Shown: positions 13,261-27,903 of the stretch, in pieces
Layout: every line of letters starts with the position of its first letter
Position numbering within the stretch: the first letter of the stretch is position 1
NCBI RefSeq assembly: GCF_009834535.1
Contig: NC_045697.1
Span: forward strand, 94,180,001 to 94,244,000
Source: Camelus ferus
Lineage: Eukaryota
Direction of reading: 5' to 3'
Length of the DNA stretch: 64,000 bases
The notes under the pieces: generated by a model
Seen by the model: only the letters and a program-made list of their open reading frames with translations
Databases searched by the model: none
What the model was told of the DNA's origin: nothing
Made by a program: the position numbers and the translations under genes

Positions 13261-14884
13261 GTGTACCTTTGAGAAACTTGACAGCAATAACAACAGTCAC
13301 TGTACACTGGGGTGAGCTAAGCATTTTATTGCAATTCTGTAATCTTTACAATATTGAAAATTATGCATGTAATTGCTACTTGATGTTGAAGAAACTGAGC
13401 TTTTAAATACCAAGGCACATGGGTGGTCAGTGGTAAAATGGATGCTGAGAACAAGGTCTACTTGATCAAGGTCAGATTGTGAGTACATGGTCCTTGAAGA
13501 ATAAAAATCTAACTTTATCTGATTCTAACCCTGGGTGCTTTCTTGGGAAAATAATTTCTCAGCAAAGCACATTCCTACATCCTCTACAGAATCATCTTTG
13601 CTACAATAGATTCACTATATAAGTTTACTTTTTCCTTAACAGGCATGTTCACTCCAGCATTGCTGTAAATAACTTACTTAATATTAAATGACTTGTGTAT
13701 GTATACATAAATAGCATACAAATGTAAAACTGTGTTTAGCTTCCCTGTGAAACCGTACACCTAACTACTATAATGTTTGCTGAACTGGTTAAAAAAATTC
13801 AAGATTAGGCAGATACATTGTTTAGGAAAAAAATTCGAATAATCTGATTGGACTAATGAATATTATAGAAAAACTAGAACAATTAAACAAGTATGTTACT
13901 GATTATAATCTCATTTGAATTTATATTGCTATCAAAAAACACTTACAGTTTCTATGCTACTATAAAGAGTTGATTATAAACCACCTGTGGCATAGAATTA
14001 ATGATATAATTTATGAATAAATACATGTTTATTTCTTTAATCATTCTCTTGAGCTGACTATATCACAATCATTTAACGAAATGATGTTAAGAAGCACAAT
14101 AGAATGTTAATCTCTTAAATTTTAACAAGTTTTAAGTGATAAAACTTTTGAATTTCAAGATATGCATCATGATTTCTTTCATATGAATGTGTATACATAT
14201 AATTACTGAAGTATACATCTTGCATGTTTGTGTGTACATCATCATATTTCTAAACAGTAGAATATAGATGGTCATTAAATATCATGTTATGTATTCTACG
14301 TTATATATTATTTCTTAATATAGGCATTTATATATATATGAAACTTTGCATTAGCAATATATTTTCCTTCAACACAATTGGGTAAATACATGAATCTGTC
14401 CCATTCAATATACTTACAGTCAACTTTTTCATGATAGAAGACTTTTTTTCGGGCATGTGCTTAAACGACTCAGAGCCTGGGCTAAATATATTCGTATTTC
14501 TACCACATGTTACACCTATATCCAATTCTATTTTTTCACATGGGCATTTTTTACATGACTCTTTACCCTGAAAATGAGAAGCATATACTTAAGAAAAGGC
14601 AATGGTCCTCTGAGATCGCTAAACAGAATGTAGACCTGCAACACAGTGCTTAACTATATAATTCTCCAGGGATTTTTACTGTTTGAAGGCTGAGGTAATG
14701 GCATGCAAATTTCACTGCCACTGACATTTTTCACTTGAGAATTAACATATATAAAACTCAATTTTTTTTTGTTACATGAAAGAAATCATCCTCTCTACCT
14801 CCTACTGCTAGACTAGCTTTCCATCCTGGTTTTACCATTTCTATTAATGTTGAGTTTATATTGCATTTTACTAAGAAAGAAAAG

Positions 14885-14985
14885 TTTTTGAAGAAAACTT
14901 TTATTGACATATAATAAGCATGCAGAAAGTGCGTGCATCTTAAATATGTTGAACCATTCGAATTTTTTATATATGAGCCTGCATA
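14885..14985 (-). mobile_element. Short ancient L1 3'-terminal fragment
   Basis: aacttttattgacatataataagcatgcagaaagtgc...catcttaa is the antisense old-L1 terminus. Confidence 0.6.
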
Positions 14986-15309
14986 CATTTAAATATTTTA
15001 CTCAGTTTTTTAAGTTGTCAAATACTTTTAAAATATGAGAAAAATGATAGAAACAGTGAAAAAGGATATTATATAAAACAAACTTATTAATCATGAAAGT
15101 CACATTCCACGTAGCAAGGCTACTGTATCTTCTTATTTCAGTTGCTATCAATAAGTAGACAAAATTTTTTATATATGAGAAGATACATTCGTGACTTGTG
15201 GTTAACAGAGTTAGAATCTCTGTCAGCTGTGTCAGCCTCTTAAAAATACACAATTTTGCAAGGACTTTCTGAAGCTTTTACCTAACAATGATGTTGGAAG
15301 TACTAATAT

Positions 15310-15510
15310 GAGTTAAGCATTTATGGATGCTTATTGTGCGCCAAGTATAGTTTAATGCCTTCTGCATACATTAACTCACTCAAGCAATGGAATAACCCTA
15401 TGATCTACTTTTTGACATCATCCTGATTGTGCTAGTGGGTACGTAGACAAACCTAATTCCAATCTAATTCCAGAGACATTCTCTTTCACCCACAACATTA
15501 TACTGCCTTC
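15310..15510 (-). mobile_element. MIR SINE
   Basis: agcatttatggatgcttattgtgcgccaag...aataaccctatga...cacaacattatactgcct follows antisense MIR. Confidence 0.7.
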
Positions 15511-15634
15511 CAGAGCATTGAGAAGTCCATTCTACCTGATAACTATAATTTTTGATATTTTAATTAAAATCTTAGAAGAGACATCAACATTTTAGATTAT
15601 ACTCCTAATGTTTTGGTCATTTATTTTATTTTTT

Positions 15635-15770
15635 CATGTATATGTATATGTAATATGTATGTTACATATTGTATATAATATGTGACAATATTATTTATAA
15701 TACAATAATATATATAACAATATATGTATATATATACATACACACACATAATGTATAATCATATAATTTA
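15635..15770. repeat. Degenerate (TA)/(TATG)-rich low-complexity tract
   Basis: Seen directly. Confidence 0.8.
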
Positions 15771-16669
15771 GAGTCAGTTGTGATTACATTATAGATTTTC
15801 TAACCAGTCAGCTTCATTCTATAAATTATAAAGTGAGGCCAAAGTGGCAAGCCTCTCAAGCTGGGTTGTTGGGTAGGGTCAGAAGCAGAATCACTTTCTT
15901 GGTATCAGATCCAGCACCTTTTGTTACGGTGGCCACTAAGTCATTGTGATTCCTATTACATTTACTTATATGTTATGTAAAATATCAAGCAACACTTTGG
16001 ATCCACAGAGAAAGTTCCCTAAGGAACATGGACAGCTGCTCAGATATAATCTCATTACTCTGGCAAAATACAGGTTTGAGATAAGTTTAGCCAAATTTGT
16101 GTTTCAAACTGTAAACCATTGTGCATGACAGTGAAGTTAGAACTTCCTTGAAATCCTTGGGTTATTTCTTCTTAAAATCTCATGTTGAATGATATCTATG
16201 GCAAATATAAACCTTGCGCTTGTTAAATGTTCCTGTATCACATTATAGTCGAAGGCCAGAAAAAAAAAAAATTGCATAGTGCCTTTAGTCACAGTGTGTA
16301 AGGGGTTAAAGTAATTTAAAAAAAGACTTGGGCTAAACTTTTTTATGTTATGCATTTGAGACACACCTGAACTCATCAAATGAAGTAAAACATGCAATAA
16401 ATATCCTCTGAGTTTACTAGAATACTAAAACTAATGCTAATTTTCACATACTGGAAAGTAAACATGCCTGCATTGTATTATCTCAAGTGATAATTAATAT
16501 TAGACAGCTTGAGTAATTCTTAGTGTTAAGCCATAAACAAAGCTTTAATTAGTGAGACCTCACAGAATTGTAAAACAACAACTTTTTAACTTGGAAAAAT
16601 GAAAAAATGAAAGAAGGTAGGGTGTATGAATACAATTTAAATATGACATGTAGTTTTTATTAATGTGGT

Positions 16670-16800
16670 GTTAACTGGAGCTTGATGAGAACAGGATATT
16701 TTCCTGTTTTGTTCACTAATCTCTTGCAAATTCTTGGAATGGTATCAGCATATAGGAGCTGTCTGAGTAATATTAGTCAAATAAATGAATAAATAAACTC
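16670..16800 (+). mobile_element. L2 3' end
   Basis: gagcttgatgagaacaggatatttt...tgttcact...aatattagtcaaataaatgaataaa. Confidence 0.7.
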
Positions 16801-18585
16801 AGTTTCTGTCATAGCAGTATTTTTTTTAAAGAAAACAGATTCTGCTGAATAGTTGACATTTTACGTAAGAGATGTTTTCCCTGAAAACTTTAAAATATAA
16901 AATGTTATGTTTGATGCTTCACCTGTATAGTTGAAACAAGCATAATTTATGAGTGAAATGCTAGGAAATTAGATGAAGATGTTAATGTAACATGGGCAAA
17001 AAACTGACTTTCTAAAAAAAGAAAAATACAATTTGCTCATGAATGTGTGAAAGTATGTAAAATCTCAAGAATAATGAAAGTATATGAGTATAAATAAAAC
17101 ACAATTTAATCTATGACACATAGTCAATATTAAAAAGGGCAATAAAGCTGTGCTCAGGTGAAATTTTAAGAATAAAGACTTTGCTATAATTGTCAGACAT
17201 TTCCTGGAGAGACTTTTGTTACTATATCAAAATATAAGCCCAGCATTTTCATATTTACTATAGCCTGGGGTACTGAAATATGGCCCTATTTTGGTCATAA
17301 AGTAATCTACATTACTGTAATATATGCCTTTTACAAAACAACAGATTTTTTATTTGAAAACATTTTTATTTCTGCTTTTCAAAATTGTTTGCTTTTTCTT
17401 ACTGATTTCAGACCAATATAAAACCAATAGGAATTATGAGAGAGTAACAGTCCCTTTGTTCCCAACACTAATCTCAAAAACTGATTGAAATTGCCAAAAA
17501 ACGTAGAAATAGGAAAAAAAATGATGAATTAGCTCAGGAAACTAGCCAACAATGAATTTCAAATGGCTCACTATTTGAGGAATTACAGTAGATAGATTGC
17601 CAAAGAGCCCAAATGAAGAATGGCATTGAAATATATTTCATAAATTTCCTTTCTAAGAAACAGTGGAAAACAGCTAGAAGAAGTCATAGAAGAATGCTAC
17701 TGACCGTTGAAAAGGAGGAGGAGTGAGAGTGGGAGTCGAGAAAAGACCACAGACAAGATGGCAATTGGCCACTGGAAGCTATTTTCCCAGCTGCAGACAG
17801 ACAATGGTTGGAATGAGCAGAGCCAGATGTTACAAAAGTCCTAAACAGAAAGTCTGCTTGCTGTTATGACCATATTAGAAACGTTTTAGACAATAAAATT
17901 TCACTGGTTGTAATGAATGTGCTACCTCTTCCAAATTCTTGATTCCATATTTCTGTACATTAAAAAAAATTTGAGTAATACTTTAAAATGAAACAGCATT
18001 ATTTAAAACAAAGCAAGTATCTATTTTTTTTTTTAAATAGAAGATAATCTGGTGTTTATCCAATTTTAAATTTAAATTTAATTTTATCAAAAATACATGT
18101 AGATTAAAAGCTCAAATAGCACCACAAAGGTCCTAAGAGGAAAACACATTCCTAAGCCTCCCTTTTATTCCTTAGAGTTGACTTCTAATTACGTGGGTGG
18201 TTTCTTATAGTGCTTTTTTTATGCTTCTAAATCTCTCTTTCTTACTTTAAAAAAAAAATTGGATATTATTCATTGATTCTCTTCACTATAAATATTTTAA
18301 ACTTTCACACTTTCCAGCCTTCACTTTCCTTTGGTGCTCCTACTAATGTAATTATATCAGCTTTTGTTTAAATCAATAATTATATTGCATTTTCTCCCCT
18401 GGCTGTCAGTTTACTTGTTAGCCTTCCTGGAGTTAATAACCGCCTTGTTCTCTCTTTTGTTTAGTTTTCTATATGTCCATAATTAATTCATTCTCAGACA
18501 CTCTGATGGAATATAAAACACTTTATTTAAGGGTCAAATAGATAAGATAATTTACTTGCTCAGCATTATTTTTTTCCTTATATGT

Positions 18586-18791
18586 AAGTGGCATGCTGAT
18601 GCTGGCTTGAACCAACTCTTGAGAACTGATTGTGCAAAAAACGTCCCAAATCAGAGGTCAATAATGTCACATTTTCAGCCCTGGTAGGAGTATTTATGCC
18701 ACAGAAATGATCAAATGCTACAAAATAGGGCTTTTATATTTATTTATTTTTCTTGAATGTTGGTCGACAAACATTCACCAGCACACCACTG
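18586..18791. mobile_element. MER63-like hAT MITE inside decayed L1 sequence
   Basis: Imperfect terminal inverted repeats aagtggcatgctga / ccagcacaccactg; the internal ggtaggagtatttatgccacagaaatgatcaaatgctacaaa resembles MER63. Confidence 0.75.
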
Positions 18792-19449
18792 GATATAACT
18801 CTCCTGGAGACTGCCCCCACCTTTGCTCTGCGCTCAAGTGTGGACTCTTAGACGTGCTACAGAAATGGCATTTTAACATTTTCTATCACCATCATGCCAG
18901 GAAATACTTCTACCTCTCTCCTCTATTTGACCTTCTGTTTTCTGAATTCCCTATCTTGCTTTTTCTTAGTTCACTGTCTTATTTTGATCAAAAGTATCTC
19001 CCAGTTACAGCCCAAGAAAGCATACAAAGTAAGTAAATACTTTATCTTTTTATTATTTTACTTTTTGAGTATTTCCTAAATTTCATCTTTTAATCTTTCA
19101 AATTTTAAATCAGTTTTATTGTTTTTTATTTTCAAGGGTATTTCTCTTATTTGTTGAATGTTTTTTGTTTATTATATCATTTTTATCTCATCTTTTAAAT
19201 TCTCTCTGAAGATAGCAATTATTGTTTAATTATATTATTGTTTCAATTTTAATATTATTTTAATTGATTTTAATTTTAATGTATTTTGATTGAATTTTAA
19301 TTTTATGTTTTTATTTTGTCCCCTACATTGCTCTCCTTCTTCAAAATTACTTTTATAGCTTTCTTTTGTGTCTGTCATTCATTTCAGAGGCTCTCCTCAC
19401 ATGTCTGGTGAACCTAATTTGTATTTAATGGTGATGCCCTAAAAAGCAG

Positions 19450-19734
19450 ATGGAACCTGATCCTATAGGAGTAGTGTCCTTGTAAGAAAGAGACACCAGA
19501 GACAGCTGTCTCTCTCCCCACATGCATGTACCGAGGAAAGGCCACAGCGGAGTACAGTGAGATGGCGCTCATCAGCCAGTCAAGAAGAAAGCTCTCACTA
19601 AAAATTCGATCAGCCGGAACCTTGACCTTGAACTCCTAGCTTCCAGAACTGTGAGAAAGTAAATCCCTGTTGTCTAAGCCACCCACTCTACAGCAATTTG
19701 TTATTTGTTATGGCAGCCTGAGCTGCCTAATGTG
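19450..19734 (+). mobile_element. MaLR LTR (MLT1A-like), 3' part
   Basis: gtgtccttgtaagaaagagacaccaga...accttgaccttgaactcctagcttccagaactgtgagaaa...ttgttatggcagcctgagc. Confidence 0.88.
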
Positions 19735-21261
19735 TCCTTTAATAACAAAGCGCTATCCACTTGAAAATTTCTGTTTCGTGTGACAGAGTTCTGATAGTTC
19801 TTTGTCACAGATGTATCTCCTGCAGGCAGTGCTCTCCCTTCTCAAAACACTTTGAAAGCCTGAGAAGATATACTTTGGGATTTGTACCTCACTCCTAAGG
19901 GTATTGTCAGTGGATGGAAAAAAGTCAACAATACTGGAAATCTCCCAAGTTAATATCTAAAAATAATAAAATAATTACAGAGGATATGGTTTTGCCTTAT
20001 GATCATACACAAATTCATACTTTTGATTCTTTAGTTTCCTAAAGAGAACAACCCTTCTACACATGTGATTCTAGTCTCAGTTTTTGTTGTTCTGCCTTGA
20101 TCACCAATGTGAGGTAATTCTATATACTAGAATTTGGTTTTCTGATGTCATAATGCCAGATAAAATTTTATTGTAAGATAAAATTAGTTGAATTTAATTG
20201 AACTACAAGCAGTAATACCAAAGCCAAAGCACATTAGAGACTAAAATTCCAATTAAGCATATTTTAGGGATCAGTTAACTTAGGTTAACTTAAGTAGTAT
20301 ATATTTTAGGCAACAAGACACAAAGCAAATAGATTCAGAGCAAATCGAAACATGACAAGCTAAATTAGGAAACTCAAATTCAAAGATTTACATGTAATTA
20401 AATAAAACTTTAAAATGTCACAAAGCAGAAAGACATCTTTATACTAGGAAGTGATATTTACTTAACTAATCTTTCTTTAAATTCTTCTTTGAAAAATCCA
20501 TTTTGAATGTTGTCTTCAACTGTATACATTCTCGAACTACTAAAAAATTACAATAACAGAAAGACTTGCTCTCCTATTTACTTCATTCTTCTACAATATA
20601 TTTTATTCTTAAATGAAAGATAAGTGTTATCTCCTTTCACTTCAAACTTTGATTTTATTCACTTAAAAAAAAAAGCTTTTGCTGGACACGTTTGTCCTCA
20701 CCTTTATGTCAGAATTCTTCAGATCTGTTGCCTTTATTTTATATAAACTGCTCATCATGAGTAATCTGACTTTCATCCCTTCTCAAACTCTCCTCCCACT
20801 TCACACTTGAGTTACTGCTGTGGTCTAATGAAGGAATTTCGGTAAATTCCTCTTGTTTAATCCCCAATCTAACTGTATATTAAGATTGTATATCCTAAAA
20901 CCTTCCTAGTTTCCTTTGCCTAATATATTTTATTCTTTCTTCATATAGAAACCCTATCATTATTCAAGAGTATATACGATTGTTATATTTCCCAAACAAA
21001 ATTTTCCTGGATATCTAATTCTACACAGATCTCTCCATTCACAGAAACTGTTAGCATTTTAAATATTTTTGTTTTGTGTCTCTTGTTATGCACCTAATCA
21101 TATGACTTTGGTCGTATTTTAATGGCTTTTGTATTTATGCCTTGTTTTTAACCATGTTATAACCTCACCAAGGCAGGACTGTGTCATCCATTTTATTTAT
21201 ATACCTACTCAACAGAATACTAAGTTCTACGTTCAGTATGTATTTGATTAAATGAGCTGTG

Positions 21262-21345
21262 GAAGGAAGGCAAGATGAGTGGAAAGGAGGAAGGATGGAA
21301 AGGAAAGGAGAGAGGGACCGAGGGAGAGAGGGAAGGAAAGGGAAA
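21262..21345. repeat. Polypurine (GGAA/GA-rich) tract following an L2 3' end (~20900-21260)
   Basis: Seen directly. Confidence 0.75.
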
Positions 21346-22254
21346 TGATAAGAACTGCTTGAGACTTTGAAAAAAAAATCATTCGAAATTTTGCCACTTA
21401 TTAAAAGTTAAAAAACACTGAATTTATGCAATGCAGTATATTTGCTCTAATAACAACAACTTAATCATTCTCAAATAAGAAAATAAAATGTTATTGGAAA
21501 GCATTGGTGGTCACTGGATCTGTTATATTGATGCTGCTTTTTCTTGGTAAATTATTTTACATGTTTCTAGGACATAGCACACAAAAAAGTTGAAAAAAGA
21601 ACTAATCTGAGGTCCTTGTAGCATGATTATATTCTCAAACAATTTTGAAAATATCAGAATGCATTGTCAAATACTTTATAGTACTCATAGCTCTCGTCAA
21701 ATGAATTGATTGCTTTGGTCTCTTCAAATGATCCCACCTCAGTTAAGGAACAATTTGAAAACAATATCCACAGTTAGAATGGAATTATTGTTTATGTCAT
21801 TATTTTTCAAATGATGAATTTCATTTTGTCATTTTTAGAAATGGCCTGGATGAAAATAGCTTTATATTAAAGACTTTCATTGACACAGACTGATTTTTTG
21901 TCTTCTGTATTGAATCAGTCTATTCATTTGAATTTCTTTATGTTCCTTTTAATTCTCGATATTTTAAAAAAGTGTTCTTCACTCTATCAATCTTATGTGT
22001 TATCAAGGAGTTCTTCCAGAATGAGCACATTCCCACATTACTTTTGGCTGATTCACTACCCAGAGAGATAATAAATTTTTTTTACATAGAATATTCCATA
22101 AAATGAACACATATCTAGTAATAAGTATGTATAATATTTTTTATTACATAATATACACCACAAAGCAGATATATTTATAACCAACTTATGTGCAATTTAA
22201 AAACTGACTACATACACGCTCAAATAATTTAATGTTTTCTTATAGAAACATTTC

Positions 22255-22865
22255 ATTCTTTTCATTCAGTTTATATCTACTCTATTATGTGTACTGTCTT
22301 ATGTGCTCAAGATAGATTTCAATGAGATAGAGAATTTGTCTTTAAGAAATCAACAGGGTAACGGGAGTAGAGACTTACAATTTTTCACTAAGTCATAGCA
22401 TGCAAGTATTATAGGAGTACAGAGGAGGAAAGGACACATTTACATAATGAGATCAGGAAAATCCACATAAAAGTGGTGACTTGAATCACGAATGAAAAGA
22501 ATGGTATTTCATTGAGTGAACACTTAACAAGAGCATTCCAAAATAGACTATCATATGAAGAAATAGGAGTATGAAACTTTTTGATGACTTTTGGTTGATT
22601 GGAAGTGTAATAAGACTGAGATAAGTGCATGATATGGAAAACAAAGGATAAGAAAGATTGGTTGGGCTCAAACTCTTAGGAGTCTTGTGCATCAAGATAA
22701 AATTTTTGCACATTTTTTTTCTCTCACAGTTAGGAGATGTGAAATAATACTTGTAGAAGAGTAATTATTATAATTGTGGAGAGATTAAATTCGATACAAT
22801 AGAGATTAAAACTACAGCGAAGAGTTAGGAGTTTTTCCAGTAGTTTGAGTGAGTGAGATTAAGGA
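22255..22865 (-). mobile_element. L2 3' region
   Basis: Begins ttcattctttt/cattcag; purine-rich antisense L2 text. Confidence 0.6.
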
Positions 22866-22874
22866 GGAAATGAC

Positions 22875-23500
22875 TGGGCTCAAGCCTTGGTCCTCTTCTC
22901 TTTTTCTCTTTTCTGTCTGCATTAATTTGCAAAGTGATCTCGTCTGATCTTACAGCATTAAATCACATCCATTCAGACATTTGTCCTGAACTTCAGACTT
23001 CTGTGCCCAGCTACCTTGTCTTCATTCCCTCATAGTTATATAATAACCATCTCATACTGTTAACATGTCAAAAACTGAACTCTGGTACCATCTCCCACAC
23101 CCTAGTTAGAACCTCTTCCAGATGCAGCTTTTCCATCTTAGTTGATGCTAAACCCAACTTTGTTGCTCAGAAAAAAATAATTTGAAGTCATCTTTTTTTC
23201 TCACATTTACACATCCTTTAATGTCATGCTCAAAATATATTCAGAATCTGATGGCATCTCATACCGACTGCTGTCACCCTCTTCCGAGCAGCAACAACTT
23301 GTTTTGATTAGTCGAAGAGCTGCCTTGGTGGTCCAGCTGCCTTTCCTTCCCCTTCTATATTGCTTTCTCACATCATGGTCATCAGAATGATTCATTAAAA
23401 ATGTTATTTACACATACTCAATATCCTTCAAAGGCTTTCCATTTCATTTGGAGTAAAATTCAATTTTGCAGTGGCCTCCTAAATCCCACATGACTAACCC
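22875..23500 (+). mobile_element. L2 (L2a-like) fragment
   Basis: cttggtcctcttctctt...cctgaacttcagact...aacatgtcaaaaactgaactc are L2 hallmarks. Confidence 0.8.
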
Positions 23501-25189
23501 TCAAACTATATGAACTGCTTTTGCTAAAAGAAAACTTTCAAAAATTGGAATAACCAATATTGAGATGTACCATATATAAATCAGATAACTGTTAATTTTA
23601 TTTGAAAATTAAGATATCACTGATGGTAAAAGAATAACTATTTTCAGTGGTGTGGTAGAACAAAGAACTCATTTTGTAATAGGATTTCCTCTGGATTACT
23701 TAGACAATTTTCAACTGTATACATATGATTTAAAAAGAAATATTTGACTGTCCTTTATGATTGGATTACTGCCTTCCATTGATTCTTATTTTGTGGTTAG
23801 CTTTATTCCTTTGATAATTATGTAAGTTTAAAAAGCTAAAGCTCTAATCTGTTCTTAGAAATGATGATCGGTACATATATGCAAACTAAAAAATGTGCAG
23901 TATATTGTATTTATGCATTTACATGCAATATAATGTATATGTGCAGTCAAACTAATAATTCTACCTAATTAAACTGAAAAAGGAAAAGAAAAGAATAAAA
24001 AAATATATTTGCATTTTACAACTTGGTATTTCCATTGGCCTTAAATTCAATCTTGTTATTTAAGATTTAGATCCAGTTCCACATTTTTTATATCAAGATT
24101 ATTATAAAATTACACAAAAGCTATTTGCAATCTAATCTGTGCATTTAGAATACAGCAAAGTAATACATAAAACACAGAGACAATTTTAAATATATGTAAA
24201 AAGATGATTGCCTACTTAATTAGAGGTGTTTAAACTGATCTTTAATTTTATGAAGCAGTTTTCAATGTACAATACTTGTATAAGAATAACTGCTGCTGGT
24301 TTTCTTATATGATTTGCACAAATTGCAGACAAGGTAATTGATAAAACTCAGAGTTTTAAAGTCTAGTCTGCCCTGAATAAACACAGTCTCTTTTTAAAAT
24401 AAGATTATCTCGGCTGCTTGCTTTAGATACTTTATTTTTCCTTGTATAATTCAATAGTGTCAGTTGCCCACAAACAGGAAGTAACTTAAAGATTTAGTAG
24501 ACAATCTGAAAGATGTAAAAATAATTTAGGAAGTAAATAATATATATACCTAGGAAGTCTAGGTATATCTTAAGCTAATGTATTTAAAGATAAATGTATT
24601 CAAACATTTTAAAATTTAGATTTTCAAAAACACAAAGAAAACCAGCAAAACTTTATCCAAATGACATAGAACATGCATATTTTAAAGTAAGCATTGACTA
24701 AAATATTTTGCTGTTGATAGTTTCTGAACTTCCCTGTGTCTTAAACCATAGTAGTAACAGTTCCTGGCTTATTAATAATATACACAAATATGTTTAGTTT
24801 TTACTGTCATTATTTTTATTCTCAGGGAGTAATAATAAATATATACAATTAATCGACAAATTATATCTATAACAATATACAACTAGGTACAGTCCTAATC
24901 CTAGAGCTGAACAAGATGGAGGACTCAAAAAATATTAACTTTTTAAAAAGTAGTTTTTCTTCATCTTCTTTCCCCCCAATTTAGCAAACATTTTCTAACT
25001 TTTCTCTTAATTCATATACCAAAAAAGGAACATCCATATGGAAGATATGAGGTATTTAATGATGGTACTGCAACTATGTAATTGACATAATACTCAAATG
25101 AATAAAAACCTCAAATATTTTAAAATCTATGCAATTTTATCATAAAAATACATAGGTTACTATTTATATAATTTAGGGGATGGGAAAGT

Positions 25190-26075
25190 TATCTTTAAGT
25201 AGAAGATTGAAAGAAAACAGAAAAGATAAGTAATACTTAAATATTAAGTTACTTATTTAAAAATTTTGTATATTAAAATATCATAAGTATAATTAAAATT
25301 GACAAACTGTAAAAAGTGTTTGTTTATATGATTTATGTGACAGTAGAGGATGTTCTTAACACATATGAATGTTGTCCAAATCAATAAAATTAATGAACAA
25401 CTCTACAGGTAATGGTGCGAAGGGAAAGAAAATAGTTTATAAAAAGATATAAAGTTGCTATAACATATTAAATATTAGAAGGTGCAATCATGTAAGTGAA
25501 AGATGTAACTCCATTTGAGCTTATCAGATTGGTAAGTGTGTTTATTTTTTCAATAATGATTCACATGGTATTTTCAAGATACAAGAAAAGCAATGTCACT
25601 TCTGCAGGCCAATTTAAGAATATAGCCAAAGTATGTAAAAAATGTGCAAAGGCATACTTTTTAGCAAAATGTCCCACTTCTATAAATGTATCTTCAGAAA
25701 CTGAAAATCATAAAAGGCTGTAAATGAATAATTCTTCTGAAAGCCTATTGAAAATTGAATATTCTTCTCAAGTACTTATAAAAAGCCCAGCAAAGTTACA
25801 CAGAGAAATTAGAAGGAAGAAAATGAAGCAAATAATTGCATAATTAATAAAATAGTGCACAACAGAGAGAATCAGCAAAATGAAGAATTAGTTCTTTCCG
25901 AAAAACAAGTAAAATGGATAAAACAGCAATGAGATTGAGCTAGGGGAAAAAAAGGAAAAGACCACAAATTTTCTAAAACACAGTTTACCATGTGGACAAC
26001 AGTATAGATTCTACAGACAATAAAAAGCTGAGTCCTTTATGAACAACTTTATGACAAATTTTAAAATTTGGCATA
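25190..26075 (+). mobile_element. Decayed ancient L1 ORF2 fragments
   Basis: gagaaatcagcaaaatgaagaattagttctttc...atagattctacagacaataaaaag...ttatgaacaactttatg. Confidence 0.65.
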
Positions 26076-26159
26076 CTTTCAGTGGTTGGTGTGCTTCAAG
26101 CTTGGGCTATTTTTAACTATTTCACGATAATAGGGGCCCTGGCAAAAGCATAATGTTTT

Positions 26160-27480
26160 CTTTGATACTCATGTTTGTCTATTTACTACCATTATCTTAA
26201 CCTCAAACTTGTCATTTTCAACAACAACCTCTTCATCATCTCAGTGTCATTTCAATCTCTGATCCCTGTCTTCAATAATGTAAGCTCATTTGCTCCATTG
26301 TCCTGACTCAAGTCGTACTTTCCTCTCACTAGCACCTTGAATCCATTGATCCTGCCACGTCCCATTGTCCATCACACCCTACACATTATCACTTCTCTCC
26401 CTCCCCATCGTACATTCTAGACCCCTTTAAGCTGCCTGAAATATGCCCTCATCTCCATTGTCTTCCTATAACTTTGATTTCCTGGGATATACTATATGCC
26501 TGGTTAAAACCGATTCTTCACCTTTTCCTTCCCTGAACCTGGTAGAGGGACGTGGTTAGGAGAAAACTCCCAAAGCAACACTGAAAATCTCACTTTAAAT
26601 GTCATCTCATTAAAAGCTAAAAAGCTAAAGCTGCCCTGCCCAGCAATCATATTGTACTCCCCTAGCTCATCCTGCTCCCATTCAGTGGGAGCATAAAACA
26701 GAAGGGACACAGTCTTTCTCCACCACCTTTGCCACATATTTGACCGGTACAGTAAACCTATTTTTTTTTTTTTTATTATGGATGAACCATCTGTGGCCCT
26801 AGCTAAGGCCAGAGCCGCCATTTATATAGTTGGTCTTAACTCTTCTCACCTGCTCAGTAACATGACCCCAGTATAACATTGCTTGTTTCCCTGCATCATC
26901 CATATCCATTCTCTATAGGGTCTAACCCAACAGCAAACAAACCATTGCTACCCCCACCTTAAGAACAAAACCAGAAATAGCACAGGGAACTATATTCAAT
27001 ATCTTGTAATAACTTTTAATGGAATAGAATACGAAAATAAACATATCTATATATCTATATCTATATCTATATCTATATGCATGACTGGGACATTATGCTG
27101 TACCAGAAATTGACACATTATAACTAACTATACTTCACTTTAAAAAAAGTACATAGAAAAACAAAACCAGAAATAAACAAAACAAAATCCCCCATTATTC
27201 TCTTTTAAACCCATGTGTATCTCTAATGATCACATTTCTCTACTTACGTAAATTTCCTAAAATGGTCACCTGTTCTCCTGCCTCCGACGTCCCTCCTACC
27301 ATCCCCTCCTGAAGCCATTTCTGTCGGGCTTCTACTCCACCATGTGACTGAGACTGTTTTTTGTTCTGACATCAATGACTTCCACAAAGCTAAATCCAAT
27401 GAATCGGGTTACTTCTACTCTCATGGATATTTAACCATATTTAAAATAGAGATGAGTCCATCATGGACAATTTTTCTTAT
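26160..27480 (+). mobile_element. L2 fragment hosting a short L1 insertion
   Basis: Pyrimidine-rich L2 ORF2-like text on both sides of 26980-27159. Confidence 0.65.
26980..27159 (+). mobile_element. Short 5'-truncated L1 3'UTR terminus with a perfect 16-bp TSD
   Basis: agcacagggaactatattcaatatcttgtaataac...taactatacttca; aacaaaaccagaaata at 26964-26979 and 27160-27175; internal (TATATC)n. Confidence 0.92.
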
Positions 27481-27903
27481 GATGATATAGGTGTGAAACC
27501 GAAAAAAAGAGGTCTACTGATGTGGTAGGAGCAAAGAAATTCATCGTATAAACATGCAGTGTCTGTTATGGTAATGCCATCTAAGCTCAATGAAAGATTA
27601 AAAGTTGTCATTACATAAGTCACATTCAGCTAGTCACAAATTTCTGATGAAAAAAATGACATAGAAAAATGACTATTGCAAATAACAATCAGGTGCATTA
27701 AAACGGTACAAACAGTAGTGGGGGGAAGAATGTCAAAATATTTAGAATAATTTGATGAGAGCTCTGATATTTGACCTGCTCTTTAAAAAGTAGAAATTTA
27801 TAAGATGGGGATCAAGATATACTAAGTGATACAATCTATAATTAAATTAATGTCACCGGGTACACAACATATTTTGTAATTTTGTATTTTAGTATTCCTT
27901 CTC

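Noticed and set aside
14703..14710. Scattered octamer (ATGCAAAT) motifs here and elsewhere
   Set aside because: Expected by chance in DNA this AT-rich, and not clustered.
22255..23500. Adjacent opposite-strand L2 copies as a hairpin or miRNA precursor
   Set aside because: They are too diverged for an extended duplex to be visible.
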